In this document: positions 10,051 to 18,733 of the stretch, piece by piece
Layout: each line of letters starts with the position of its first letter
Numbering within the stretch: the first letter of the stretch is position 1
Notes under the pieces: model-generated
Databases searched by the model: none
What the model saw: the letters and a program-made list of their open reading frames with translations, nothing else
Told to the model about the DNA's origin: nothing
Position numbers and translations under genes: made by a program
Source of the DNA: Terriglobales bacterium
Lineage (GTDB): Bacteria > Acidobacteriota > Terriglobia > Terriglobales > SCQP01
Assembly: GCA_050745425.1 (NCBI GenBank)
Contig: JBOGKK010000004.1
Location: 1 to 46,766 of the forward strand
DNA: 46,766 nt
Direction of reading: 5' to 3'

Positions 10051-10103
10051 GGATAGAGACAGACTCTATCCATGGGTATAGATTATCTCTAGCCCGAAGT
10101 CAA
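10051..10103 (-). promoter_or_regulatory. candidate PadR promoter/operator region
   Basis: On the minus strand: TTGACT (10098-10103), a 17-nt spacer, then TATACC (10075-10080). Imperfect palindrome TATAGAT-T-ATCTCTA (10077-10091) overlaps the spacer and -10. Perfect palindrome GGATAGAG-N5-CTCTATCC (10051-10071) abuts the ATG. Both are built from ATAGAG/ATAGAT (complement CTCTAT) half-sites. Confidence 0.4.
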
Positions 10104-10127
10104 GCGGCCAGTGACAGCACGGCCATT

Positions 10128-11165
10128 TCAGGCGCCGACGTAACGGGCGTAGAGGGAGCGGGCGAGGCCGGGCTCGGTGGTGCCCTTGATGAGGGCGCGG
10201 CCGTCGGGGAAAATCATGAGCTCGAGGCCGGAGGGGGTGGTGGGCACAAAGCGCAGGGCGAATTCATTGCTGCGCACCAGGCCGTGGGGGCGGAGGCGAA
10301 CGGCCAACTCCGCCAGCGCCAGCGGATGCAGATGCTCGTGGATCTGGACGGCGTTACGGCCGCAGAGGGTAAGGGCGGCGCGGCGTTCGCCGCGCAGGTG
10401 GACGAAGTCGCGGCGGGCACAGGCACGGCATTCGGGATCGCGTGCCGGAGCGGCCAAGGAGCGGAATTCGTTGGTCCACAAATCGGCGCTGACCAGGGTC
10501 GCGCGCAGCGCGGCGCGGTTGCCGGTGAGCAGCTTGACCGCTTCGGCGACCTGCAGAGCGGCGACCCAGGCAATGGTCCAGGCCAACACGCCGGCGGTAT
10601 CGCAGGTGTCGCGCAGCGGTTCGTCGCTGCTGCCGCCGGGAAACAGGCACTCCAGGCACGCGGTTTCACCGGGTAAAACCGTGAAGCTCAGGCCACGGGC
10701 AGCGACGGCGGCGCCGTAAATCCAGGGGACCGCGTGCGCAATCGAGAAATCGTTGAGCAAATAACGGGTTTCGAGGTTATCGGTGCCATCCAGCAGCAGG
10801 TCGCGGCCTGCCAGAAGGCGCTCGATGTTTCCAGGTTCGAGGTCGGTCACGGCCGACTCGATGCGGACCGAGCTGTTGACACGCTCCAGGCGGGCCTTTG
10901 CAGCTACGGCTTTGGGCAATCCCGCTTCGGCATCGTGCTCCGCAAACAAGGTTTGGCGCTGCAGGTTGCTGAACTCGACGTAATCGCGATCGAGCAGCAA
11001 TAACTCGCCCACGCCGGCACGCACGAGGAGGTCGGCCTGCGCGGTTCCGAGCGCACCGCAGCCGACGATGGCGATGCGCGCCTGCGACAGCCTGTGCTGC
11101 CCTGCCGCGCCCAAAGGGGCAAACAGGATTTGACGCGAATAGCGCTCAGCATCGCCCATAAGCAC
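10128..11165 (-). CDS. ThiF/MoeB family E1-like adenylyltransferase
   Basis: RYSRQILF...IAIVGCGALGTAQADLLVRAGVG (Rossmann ATP site), DRDYVEFSNLQRQ, and two CxxC pairs (CLEC, CRAC) forming the zinc site. The C-terminal domain resembles Bacillus-type ThiF. The ORF starts at a GTG; an ATG lies two codons further in. Confidence 0.85.
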   Translation of the reverse strand: MLMGDAERYSRQILFAPLGAAGQHRLSQARIAIVGCGALGTAQADLLVRAGVGELLLLDRDYVEFSNLQRQTLFAEHDAEAGLPKAVAAKARLERVNSSVRIESAVTDLEPGNIERLLAGRDLLLDGTDNLETRYLLNDFSIAHAVPWIYGAAVAARGLSFTVLPGETACLECLFPGGSSDEPLRDTCDTAGVLAWTIAWVAALQVAEAVKLLTGNRAALRATLVSADLWTNEFRSLAAPARDPECRACARRDFVHLRGERRAALTLCGRNAVQIHEHLHPLALAELAVRLRPHGLVRSNEFALRFVPTTPSGLELMIFPDGRALIKGTTEPGLARSLYARYVGA

Positions 11166-11210
11166 ATTGTAGATGGGCCGCTATACTGTTGAGAGCAAGC
11201 CGCCCGCATT

Positions 11211-11951
11211 ATGGCAAATCGCTCGACACCACCGCCCTCCTACACGTTCAGCGTGCCCGGGTTCACCCGCGCCGTGAAGGTTCTGGTGATCGTCACCACG
11301 GCGGTGTGGGTGCTCCAGTTCGTCAGTAGCTGGGTCAACTTTCAATTGCTGAGCTGGTGCGCGCTGGTTCCCGGCCTGGTCATGCACGGCGAAGTGTGGC
11401 GCCTGGCCAGTTATTTGTTTCTGCACGCCTCGTTCGGGCACCTGTTCTGGAATATGTTCGCGCTGTGGATGTTCGGCGTGTGGGTGGAAGAAGAACTGGG
11501 CGCGCGCAAGCTCTATCAGCTTTATTTCGTTTGCGGCATCGGCGGCGGCATCATTGACGCGCTCTGGCACAGTTGGTTCAGCCCAGGGCACAGCTACACG
11601 ATCGGCGCCTCGGCCGCTATCTACGGAATTCTGATGGCGGTGGGGCTGCTGTTTCCGGACCGCGAAGTGTTTCTGCTGCTGCCACCGGTCTCCATCAAAG
11701 CGAAGTGGCTGGTGCTGGGCTACGGCGTGCTGGAGTTTTTATTCACCCTGCACAGCGCTGGTGCGGACGGGATCGCCCACTTTGCGCATTTGGGCGGCAT
11801 GCTGTTTGCCTTCATTTACCTGCGCTTTACCGGATCCAATCTGGGCCTCACGCGCGGTTACGACAAATGGCGGCGGCGGCAGATGCAGAAGCGCTTTGAC
11901 GTGTACATGAACCAGCGCGATCGCCGTCCTCCGGGCGGCTGGCGGAATTAA
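11211..11951 (+). CDS. rhomboid family intramembrane serine protease
   Basis: Polytopic protein with HLFWNMFALWMFG, catalytic GASAAIYG (GxSxxxxG) and AHFAHLGGMLFAF (catalytic His). Confidence 0.9.
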   Translation: MANRSTPPPSYTFSVPGFTRAVKVLVIVTTAVWVLQFVSSWVNFQLLSWCALVPGLVMHGEVWRLASYLFLHASFGHLFWNMFALWMFGVWVEEELGARKLYQLYFVCGIGGGIIDALWHSWFSPGHSYTIGASAAIYGILMAVGLLFPDREVFLLLPPVSIKAKWLVLGYGVLEFLFTLHSAGADGIAHFAHLGGMLFAFIYLRFTGSNLGLTRGYDKWRRRQMQKRFDVYMNQRDRRPPGGWRN

Positions 11952-11999
11952 GTCGCAGTGGCCGTTGGGCGCGGGGTTTGGTACAGTTGAACCCTTGGC

Positions 12000-13172
12000 A
12001 TGCTGAAATTCCGTGACGTCGACTTTTTGCGTATCGCCGATGCGCTCAGCGAAAACGAGCGCCTGGTGCGCGACAGCGCCCGGCGCTGGGTGGAAGAGCG
12101 CATTATCCCGATCATTGAAGGCTGTGCGCGTGAGGGGCGGTTTCCGCGCGAGCTGATCCCGGAGATGGCGGCCATGGGCTTTTTCGGCGCCACCATGAGC
12201 GACTACGGCGGCGTGGGCATGAGCCAGGTCGAGTATGGCCTGCTGATGCAGGAGCTGGAGCGTGGCGATAGCGGTTTGCGCAGCTTCGTCAGCGTGCATA
12301 GCTCGCTGGCCATGTGGCCCATCCATGAATTTGGCAGCGATGAGCAGAAGAACAACTGGCTGCCGGCAATGCAAAAGGGCGAGAAGCTCGGCTGTTTCGG
12401 GCTGACCGAGCCGGATTTCGGCTCGAACCCGGGCGGTATGCGTACCGTGGCCCACAAGGCCGGCAACGAGTACATTCTCAACGGCGAGAAGATGTGGATC
12501 ACTTCGGGATCGATTGCCGACATCGCCGTGATCTGGGCGAAAGAAGAAGGCAAAAAGATTCGCGGCTTTCTAGTGGAGACCGACCGGCCCGGCTTCCGGG
12601 CGGTAGACATTCACGGCAAGTTCTCGCTGCGCGCATCGGTGACCTCGAGCCTTTCGCTGCAGGACGTGCATATTCCGGCCAGTAATCTGCTGCTGGGTAC
12701 GACCGGGCTCAAGAGCGCACTGCAGTGCCTCGACCAGGCGCGCTACGGCATCGGCTGGGGCACGGTGGGAGCGGCCATGCAATGCTACGATACCGCGCTG
12801 CAATATGCGGGCTTCCGCAAGCAATTTGCCGATGAGCCGATTGCGGCGCGCCAGATCGTTCAGCAAAAACTGGTGGGCATGATCAGCGGCATCACCCACG
12901 GCCAACTGCTGGCGCTGCACGTCGGCCGTCTCAAGGACAAAGGGCAGGCAACGGCAGCGCATATTTCCCTGCTCAAACGCAACAACGCGGCCATGGCGCT
13001 CGATGTGGCGCGCACGGCGCGCGACATTCTGGGTGCGAACGGGATTGCCGACGAGTACCCGATCTTCCGCCATATGGCCAACTTGGAATCGGTTAAAACT
13101 TATGAAGGCACCCACGACATCCACACGCTGATTGTGGGCGCCAGCATTACCGGCATCGACGCATTCAAATAG
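12000..13172 (+). CDS. acyl-CoA dehydrogenase, glutaryl-CoA dehydrogenase-like
   Basis: 390 aa. [28 protein letters not shown] and the C-terminal [13 protein letters not shown] are ACAD blocks. The overall pattern is closest to GcdH-type enzymes. Confidence 0.88.
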   Translation: MLKFRDVDFLRIADALSENERLVRDSARRWVEERIIPIIEGCAREGRFPRELIPEMAAMGFFGATMSDYGGVGMSQVEYGLLMQELERGDSGLRSFVSVHSSLAMWPIHEFGSDEQKNNWLPAMQKGEKLGCFGLTEPDFGSNPGGMRTVAHKAGNEYILNGEKMWITSGSIADIAVIWAKEEGKKIRGFLVETDRPGFRAVDIHGKFSLRASVTSSLSLQDVHIPASNLLLGTTGLKSALQCLDQARYGIGWGTVGAAMQCYDTALQYAGFRKQFADEPIAARQIVQQKLVGMISGITHGQLLALHVGRLKDKGQATAAHISLLKRNNAAMALDVARTARDILGANGIADEYPIFRHMANLESVKTYEGTHDIHTLIVGASITGIDAFK

Positions 13173-13186
13173 GAGATAAAACCAAC

Positions 13187-14191
13187 ATGCCCGCAACTGC
13201 ACCGGGGGCCCGCACCGCTTTGGAAGAACAAATCGCACAGCAAATGCTCGGGGTGGTCGAACAGGCGGCCATCGCCTCGGCCAAGACCATGGGCATGGGA
13301 AACCCCGAGGTGTCGGACCAGGCGGCGGTGGAGTCGATGCGGCGCGACATGGAAGGTGTGGACATGCGCGGCACGATCGTCATTGGCGAAGGCGAGCGTG
13401 ATGAAGCACCGATGCTGTTTATTGGCGAGAAAATCGGCCGCGGCGGGGCGGACGCCCCGGCGGTGGATATTGCCGTGGATCCGCTCGAAGGCACAAACCT
13501 GTGCGCCACGGGTGCGCCGGGCTCGATCACCGTGCTGGCGGCGAGCGAGGCCGGTGGGCTGCTGCACGCGCCGGACTGCTACATGGAAAAAATCATTGTG
13601 GGACCGAGCTGCCGCGGTGCGGTGGACATCGACGCCCCGGTGAAAGACAATTTGGCGGCGATCGCCAAGCGGCTGGAGCGCAAGACGAGTGAGCTGGTGG
13701 TGGTGGTGCTCGACCGCACGCGGCACCAGAAACTGATGGAAGATATCCGCGCGACCGGCGCCCGCATTCACCTGATTCAGGACGGCGACCTGTCGGCCGG
13801 CATTGCCACGGCGGTGCTGGGCACGGGGGTGCATGCGGTGATGGGCAGCGGCGGGGCGCCCGAGGGCGTACTCACCGCAGCGGCGATGCGCTGTCTGCAC
13901 GGAGAGATCGTCGCCCGCCTGGTGGTCGACAAGCCCGGCATTACCGAGCGGCTGGAACGCATGGGGATCCACGATCCGAAGCGTGTATACCACACCGAAG
14001 ATTTGGCGCCGGGCAAGAACATTCTATTCGCCGCCTGCGGGGTAACCAGCGGCAGTCTGCTCAGGGGCGTGCGCTTTTTCGGTGACGGGATCCGCACGCA
14101 ATCGCTGGTGATGGCCGACGCCATGCACACAGTGCGCTTCGTGGACACCATTCACGTGGCGCCGCGGCCGGACGCGCGCATCCGCTTCTAG
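13187..14191 (+). CDS. glpX: class II fructose-1,6-bisphosphatase
   Basis: 334 aa. [26 protein letters not shown] and [12 protein letters not shown] are GlpX signatures. Confidence 0.93.
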   Translation: MPATAPGARTALEEQIAQQMLGVVEQAAIASAKTMGMGNPEVSDQAAVESMRRDMEGVDMRGTIVIGEGERDEAPMLFIGEKIGRGGADAPAVDIAVDPLEGTNLCATGAPGSITVLAASEAGGLLHAPDCYMEKIIVGPSCRGAVDIDAPVKDNLAAIAKRLERKTSELVVVVLDRTRHQKLMEDIRATGARIHLIQDGDLSAGIATAVLGTGVHAVMGSGGAPEGVLTAAAMRCLHGEIVARLVVDKPGITERLERMGIHDPKRVYHTEDLAPGKNILFAACGVTSGSLLRGVRFFGDGIRTQSLVMADAMHTVRFVDTIHVAPRPDARIRF

Positions 14192-14303
14192 GAGCAGAAT
14201 CAGACTCGGTGTGGCAAGCTCCGGGAGATGACGTGCGGCTTTTCCTGGTGAAAAAGCCGCATACGCTACGATCGGCTTTGCTATAGCAAGTCTGATTCTG
14301 CTC
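14192..14303. repeat. 112-bp MITE/REP-like element with 15-bp perfect terminal inverted repeats and an internal conserved hairpin
   Basis: GAGCAGAATCAGACT (14192-14206) is the exact reverse complement of 14289-14303. TAG flanks both ends (14189-14191 and 14304-14306). Internal hairpin at 14233-14262. The core is homologous to 39213-39275 and the arms to 35705-35751. Confidence 0.5.
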
Positions 14304-14306
14304 TAG

Positions 14307-15371
14307 CTAGTTAGCACCCGCAGCGGAGGCCGTGGAGGCGAAGAAGGATTCGACGCGATCCATGATTTCGTGCTCGCTGCGGGATTCGTAGATGGCGCGG
14401 CGGAGAGCGGAGCCGTCTTCGACGCCGTGGGTGAACCACGCGGCAAACTGCTTCATTTTGCCCGCCGCACCCGGCATTTGATCGCGGATGAGGCGCGAGA
14501 AGTAGTCGGTGATCAGCACGGCACGATCGGCGGTGGAGGGCTGGCGGTAGGCGCCGGTGAGACGATAGGATTCCATCTGGCGGAAAATCCAGGGATTCGA
14601 AGCGGCCGTGCGGCCGATCATCACGCCATCGCAGCCGGTGTAAGCGACCATGGCAGCAGCGTCCTCGGGCGTGCGGATGTCGCCGTTACCGAGCACCGGG
14701 ATTTTGACTGCCTGCTTGACTTCGCCGATCCACTGCCACTGCGCCTGACCGGAATAGCCCTGCTCGCGGGTGCGGGCGTGCAGCGCCAGACCATTGACAC
14801 CACTGGCTTCGGCCATGCGGGCCAGCTCGACGTGGACGAGCTGGTTGCAGTCCCAGCCGGAACGGAATTTCACCGTAAATGGCAGCGCAACCGCGGCACG
14901 GATGGAGGCGAACAGACGGCCGAGCAACGGCAGATCGCGCAGCAGCCCGCTACCGCCGTTGCACTTGACGACCTTTTTGGCCGGACAGCCGAGGTTGAGG
15001 TCGATGGCGTCGAAGCCCATCTGCTCGACCACGCGCGCGGCTTCGGCCATGACGCCAGGATCGCTGCCGAACAGTTGCGCGGCGATGGGACGTTCGGATT
15101 CGGTAAAGCTGAGGTAGCGGCGGGCGACCTTTTCCGAACGGATCAGGCCATCGCCCGAGGTGAACTCGGTCATGATCAGGCCGCAGCCGCCGAGGTCGCG
15201 GATGAAGCTGCGGAAGACGGTGTCGGTCACGCCCGACATGGGCGCCAGGGCGTTGGCGGGTGCGATGCGCAGCGTGCGCGCAGCGTGCGCGACCGTGTAG
15301 CTGGCGGGCAACTGCATGGACGAAGCCACGATATCGGGGCGGGGCGCGGGACTGTCCCAAAACTTCTGCAC
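14307..15371 (-). CDS. dus: tRNA-dihydrouridine synthase
   Basis: APMSGVTDTVFR, AAQLFGSDP and DLNLGCPAKKVVKCNGGSGLL (catalytic Cys loop) are typical Dus/DusB motifs. The true start could be an internal Met. Confidence 0.9.
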   Translation of the reverse strand: MQKFWDSPAPRPDIVASSMQLPASYTVAHAARTLRIAPANALAPMSGVTDTVFRSFIRDLGGCGLIMTEFTSGDGLIRSEKVARRYLSFTESERPIAAQLFGSDPGVMAEAARVVEQMGFDAIDLNLGCPAKKVVKCNGGSGLLRDLPLLGRLFASIRAAVALPFTVKFRSGWDCNQLVHVELARMAEASGVNGLALHARTREQGYSGQAQWQWIGEVKQAVKIPVLGNGDIRTPEDAAAMVAYTGCDGVMIGRTAASNPWIFRQMESYRLTGAYRQPSTADRAVLITDYFSRLIRDQMPGAAGKMKQFAAWFTHGVEDGSALRRAIYESRSEHEIMDRVESFFASTASAAGAN

Positions 15372-15380
15372 GCTTTGATT

Positions 15381-16037
15381 TTAGGCGATATTAATGACCT
15401 TGTTCTGGATCGCCCAGCGGACCAGTTGCGCCTTGTTGTGGATGTCGAGCTTGCGCATGAGATTGAACTTGTGGGCCTCGACGGTTTTGGTGCTCAGGTT
15501 GAGGTGGACGGCGATTTCTTTGACCGACAAGCCCTCGGCAAGCAGCTTGACGGTCTCGTGCTCGCGCGGGGTGAGCGTGGCCAGGCGCGGCTTGAAGCGC
15601 TCGGCGGGGTTGCGCACGTTGAAGTCCTGCACCAGCTTGGAGACAATGCGCGGGCTCAGGTACTTGCCGCCGCGGCGAACTTCGCGCAGCGCGCCGATGA
15701 GCTGTTCGGCAGGGCTGTCCTTGAGCAGGTATCCGGCGCCGCCAGCCGCCAGGCACTGCTGCAGGTAATCCTCATCGTCGTACATGCTGAGGAAAACGAC
15801 CTTGGTCTCAGGCCGATGCTTGCGGATCTGGCGCACCGCCTCGAAGCTGGGCATACCGGGCATGCCGATATCCATGAGCACCAGGTCGGGCTGCAACTCG
15901 GCCGCTTTGGCGACGGCATCGCCGCCGTCCTGGGCTTCGCCCACCACCTGCATGTCGTACTGCGTTTCGAGCAGGGTTTTCAGGCCCTGACGGAACAAAG
16001 TGTGGTCATCTGTAAGGAGCAATCGCATTTTCATCAT
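15381..16037 (-). CDS. NarL/LuxR family response regulator
   Basis: Receiver domain (LLLTDDH...DLVLMDIGMPGM...K) plus C-terminal LuxR HTH (LTPREHETVKLLAEGLSVKEIAVHLNLSTKTVEAHK). 6-nt gap to the upstream kinase gene. Confidence 0.93.
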   Translation of the reverse strand: MMKMRLLLTDDHTLFRQGLKTLLETQYDMQVVGEAQDGGDAVAKAAELQPDLVLMDIGMPGMPSFEAVRQIRKHRPETKVVFLSMYDDEDYLQQCLAAGGAGYLLKDSPAEQLIGALREVRRGGKYLSPRIVSKLVQDFNVRNPAERFKPRLATLTPREHETVKLLAEGLSVKEIAVHLNLSTKTVEAHKFNLMRKLDIHNKAQLVRWAIQNKVINIA

Positions 16038-16043
16038 GGGAAA

Positions 16044-17654
16044 TCAGCTCGCCCGGGCGGAACGCGCGGCCGCGCCCGCTTGCAGCGGAATTTGCATGCA
16101 CAGACAAGCACCGCGGCCCGGCTGCGAGCGCAACTCGAAGTGGCCGCCCGCCAGGCGAATCCGTTCGCGCATGCCAGCCAAACCGAAGCCGGAATGGGCG
16201 GGGGCATCGGCGGAGATGCCGACGCCATCGTCGGCAAGGTGCACTGTGACGGACGCCGGTGCGGCCGAAATGCGCAGGCGCACGGTGTGAGCACCGGCGT
16301 GGCGGGCAACGTTACGCAGGCCCTCGAGTACGACGCGGTAAAGCAGGCTTTCCTGGCGGCGGTCGAGCACGGCGCCGTTCAGCGCAAATTGAAAACGCGT
16401 ACGCCAGTGCTGCTGAGCGCGCAAATGCCGGAGTTCGAGGCGCAAGGCCGCCTCCAGCCCCAGTTCATCGAGCACCAGCGGCGATAGCTCGGCCAGAATG
16501 CGCCGTAATTCAGCGACGCTGGTGTCGACCAGCGTCAGGCCTTTGCGGAGCCATTTGCGGGTATCGCCGGCGCCCTTCGCGCGCAGACCCATTTCCAGAT
16601 AGAGCCGCAGCGCCAGCAGCGCCTGGCCGGTTTCGTCGTGCAGATCGCGGCTGATGCGGCGGCGCTCTTCATCGTGGGCATCGAGCAGGCGGCGTGACAG
16701 TTCCATGACACGAATCTGCTCGCGCTGCAGGCGCTCGTGCATGCGGGTGCGCTCGATCGCCAGCGTGGATCGCTCGGCCAGCGCCAGCAGCAGATCCTTT
16801 TCCTTGGGCAGGCATTCGTAGATGCGGTCAAAGGCCACCGTCAGCACGCCGAGCACCTCACCCTCGTCGCGCAGCGGCACCGCCCAGACCGATTTGACAT
16901 CGAGTTCGCGGTAATAGGGTTGTGCAACCCTGGGATCATCGGCCGCGTTGAGCAGAAAACCGGGCTCGCCGCTGCGCAGGACCTGTAGAAAGAACGAGCC
17001 CACACCCGCATGATCGAGAATCATTTCCGGCGCGAGCCCGAAGGTGGCAGCATGGTGCAAGCGCAGATCGGCGCTGCCAGGGTCGAGCAAGAGGACTTCT
17101 CCCCAGCGCAGTGGAAACAATTTGGCTGCCTGCTGCAAGAGCCGGTCAAGAAGCTGATGCAGATTAGCGGCACTGAGCTCGACGTCAAGCACCGCCAATA
17201 GCGCCGCTACGGCGCCGCTCTGGGAGGCAACATAGGCTTCGGCAATAATCAACTGTGTTTGCTGCTGGAACCAGTCCTGCGCCGCAGCCGCCGTCTGCGC
17301 TCCCAGCTCCGTGCGCAGGCGTGCAATCGCCAGGGGACGGAATTCGGCAAAAGCTGCATGTACCTGGGCCAGGGGAATATTCAATTTCGCCAGGCGGCAT
17401 GCCGTGTAGTGGACATGTTCGCGCCAAACGGAAAGATCACCATCTTCGGCTTCCGGGCGCGGCAATAAGAGTTGTTCGAGCGTGGCGCGGACAGCGGGCT
17501 GCAGTCCCGGCTGCGAGTGGAAACTTTGCCGCCAGGCGGCCAGCACGCCCTTGGCATGCTGGCGCAGGCAGCGCTGGGCACTGATCAGCACCGGATCGGC
17601 ATCGGGGGATGCCAGCACGCGGAAATGCGAAGATGGGGATGCTGCAAAACTCAC
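16044..17654 (-). CDS. soluble sensor histidine kinase (unknown N-domain + GAF + HisKA_3 + HATPase_c)
   Basis: H-box RRRISRDLHDETGQAL (NarX/DegS-type HisKA_3). N and G boxes in the C-terminus (NVARHAGA, DDGVGI, GFGLAGMRER). GAF-like block before the H-box. No obvious TM segments. Confidence 0.9.
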   Translation of the reverse strand: MSFAASPSSHFRVLASPDADPVLISAQRCLRQHAKGVLAAWRQSFHSQPGLQPAVRATLEQLLLPRPEAEDGDLSVWREHVHYTACRLAKLNIPLAQVHAAFAEFRPLAIARLRTELGAQTAAAAQDWFQQQTQLIIAEAYVASQSGAVAALLAVLDVELSAANLHQLLDRLLQQAAKLFPLRWGEVLLLDPGSADLRLHHAATFGLAPEMILDHAGVGSFFLQVLRSGEPGFLLNAADDPRVAQPYYRELDVKSVWAVPLRDEGEVLGVLTVAFDRIYECLPKEKDLLLALAERSTLAIERTRMHERLQREQIRVMELSRRLLDAHDEERRRISRDLHDETGQALLALRLYLEMGLRAKGAGDTRKWLRKGLTLVDTSVAELRRILAELSPLVLDELGLEAALRLELRHLRAQQHWRTRFQFALNGAVLDRRQESLLYRVVLEGLRNVARHAGAHTVRLRISAAPASVTVHLADDGVGISADAPAHSGFGLAGMRERIRLAGGHFELRSQPGRGACLCMQIPLQAGAAARSARAS

Positions 17655-17772
17655 TGCTACACACTACTGCCCAAGCGGAAGGTCAACGGAATTCCCCGGA
17701 GGGAAGCCAACTTGTGAGCAGTATAACAGCTATGCTCAAGGTACATACCTTATTGTTAGTAGTGCTGTTGCC

Positions 17773-18726
17773 ATGCCTGGCGCACTTATAAACGCAGTTG
17801 TCGTCGCCGGACCGACCGCCAGCGGGAAGACCGCGTTGGCGCTGGCGGTGGCCGAAGCGCTCGCGGAGCGGATCGAATGCGAGATCGTCAACTACGATTC
17901 CGTGCAGCTTTACCGCGACTTCGATCTGGGCACAGCCAAGCCGAGCGCGGAAGAATTGGCGCGTGCACCGCATCATCTAATCAGCATGGCCGATGCCCAC
18001 GCACCGTGGACGGCGGGAGAATATGCGCGGCAGGCTCGGCCAGCCATCGAAGGGATTCTGCGACGGCGCCATTTGCCGATTCTGGTGGGTGGCACCGGGT
18101 TTTATCTGCGGGCGTTATTGGAAGGCCTATCTCCGGCACCGCCGACCAACGCCCTGCTACGGCAAAAGCTGCAGCGGCGCACGCCCGAGCAGTTACACCG
18201 GTTATTGCAGCGGCTTGATGCGGAAGCCGGCGCACGAATCGCGGTCCGCGATGCTTCCAAAGCCATCCGGGCGCTCGAAGTGCGCTTGCTGTCGGGCAAA
18301 CCGATGGGCGAAACATGGCGCACAGCGCCTCCAGAAGCCTGGCGCGGGCTGCGCCCCCTGAAATTCGGCCTGGCGCCGAAACGAGCGCTGCTTTACGATC
18401 GCATCAACCGGCGAGCCGAACGCATGTTTGCCGGCGGCATTCAGGAAGAAACAAGGCGTCTGCTCTCGCGCTACCCCGCCGAGCTGCGGATCTGGTCATC
18501 GCATGGCTACAAGCAGGCCTGCGACATCGTATTGCGCGGCGCCGCGACCGCAGCCGCACTGGCGGAAGCACAACAGGAACAGCGCCACTACGCCAAGCGC
18601 CAAGGGACGTGGTTCCGCGCGGACAAGGAGATGCATTGGATGGCAGGCTTTGGCGACGAGCCCGCTATTCAGGGGCAGGTGATCACCGCCGTATGCCGGG
18701 CTACTGCGGCATCGGGCACTGCATAA
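17773..18726 (+). CDS. miaA: tRNA dimethylallyltransferase
   Basis: P-loop VVVAGPTASGKTALA, DSVQLYR and LVGGTGFYLRALLEG. The ATG at 17773 gives a canonical N-terminus. The 5' extension in the ORF track overlaps the divergent kinase gene. Confidence 0.92.
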   Translation: MPGALINAVVVAGPTASGKTALALAVAEALAERIECEIVNYDSVQLYRDFDLGTAKPSAEELARAPHHLISMADAHAPWTAGEYARQARPAIEGILRRRHLPILVGGTGFYLRALLEGLSPAPPTNALLRQKLQRRTPEQLHRLLQRLDAEAGARIAVRDASKAIRALEVRLLSGKPMGETWRTAPPEAWRGLRPLKFGLAPKRALLYDRINRRAERMFAGGIQEETRRLLSRYPAELRIWSSHGYKQACDIVLRGAATAAALAEAQQEQRHYAKRQGTWFRADKEMHWMAGFGDEPAIQGQVITAVCRATAASGTA

Positions 18727-18733
18727 TAGAGAG

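Noticed and set aside
14261-14270. 10-mer ATACGCTACG occurring right after hairpins at both 14261 and 36561
   Set aside because: A single shared 10-mer among about 2.5 kb of intergenic DNA is within chance expectation, and the flanks do not align.
14370-16487. 705-aa plus-strand ORF spanning dus, the response regulator and part of the kinase on the opposite strand
   Set aside because: It crosses three well-supported minus-strand genes and their short intergenic gaps and has no recognisable motifs. It is a typical GC-rich antisense shadow ORF.
17482-17772. 5' extensions of ORF-track entries (miaA 17482, M13 peptidase 20479, esterase 24175, MutS-related 32850, FecR-like 37359, polA 45988)
   Set aside because: The extensions overlap neighbouring genes or precede clean signal peptides or canonical N-termini. 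Internal starts with better context were chosen, but exact starts remain unverified.
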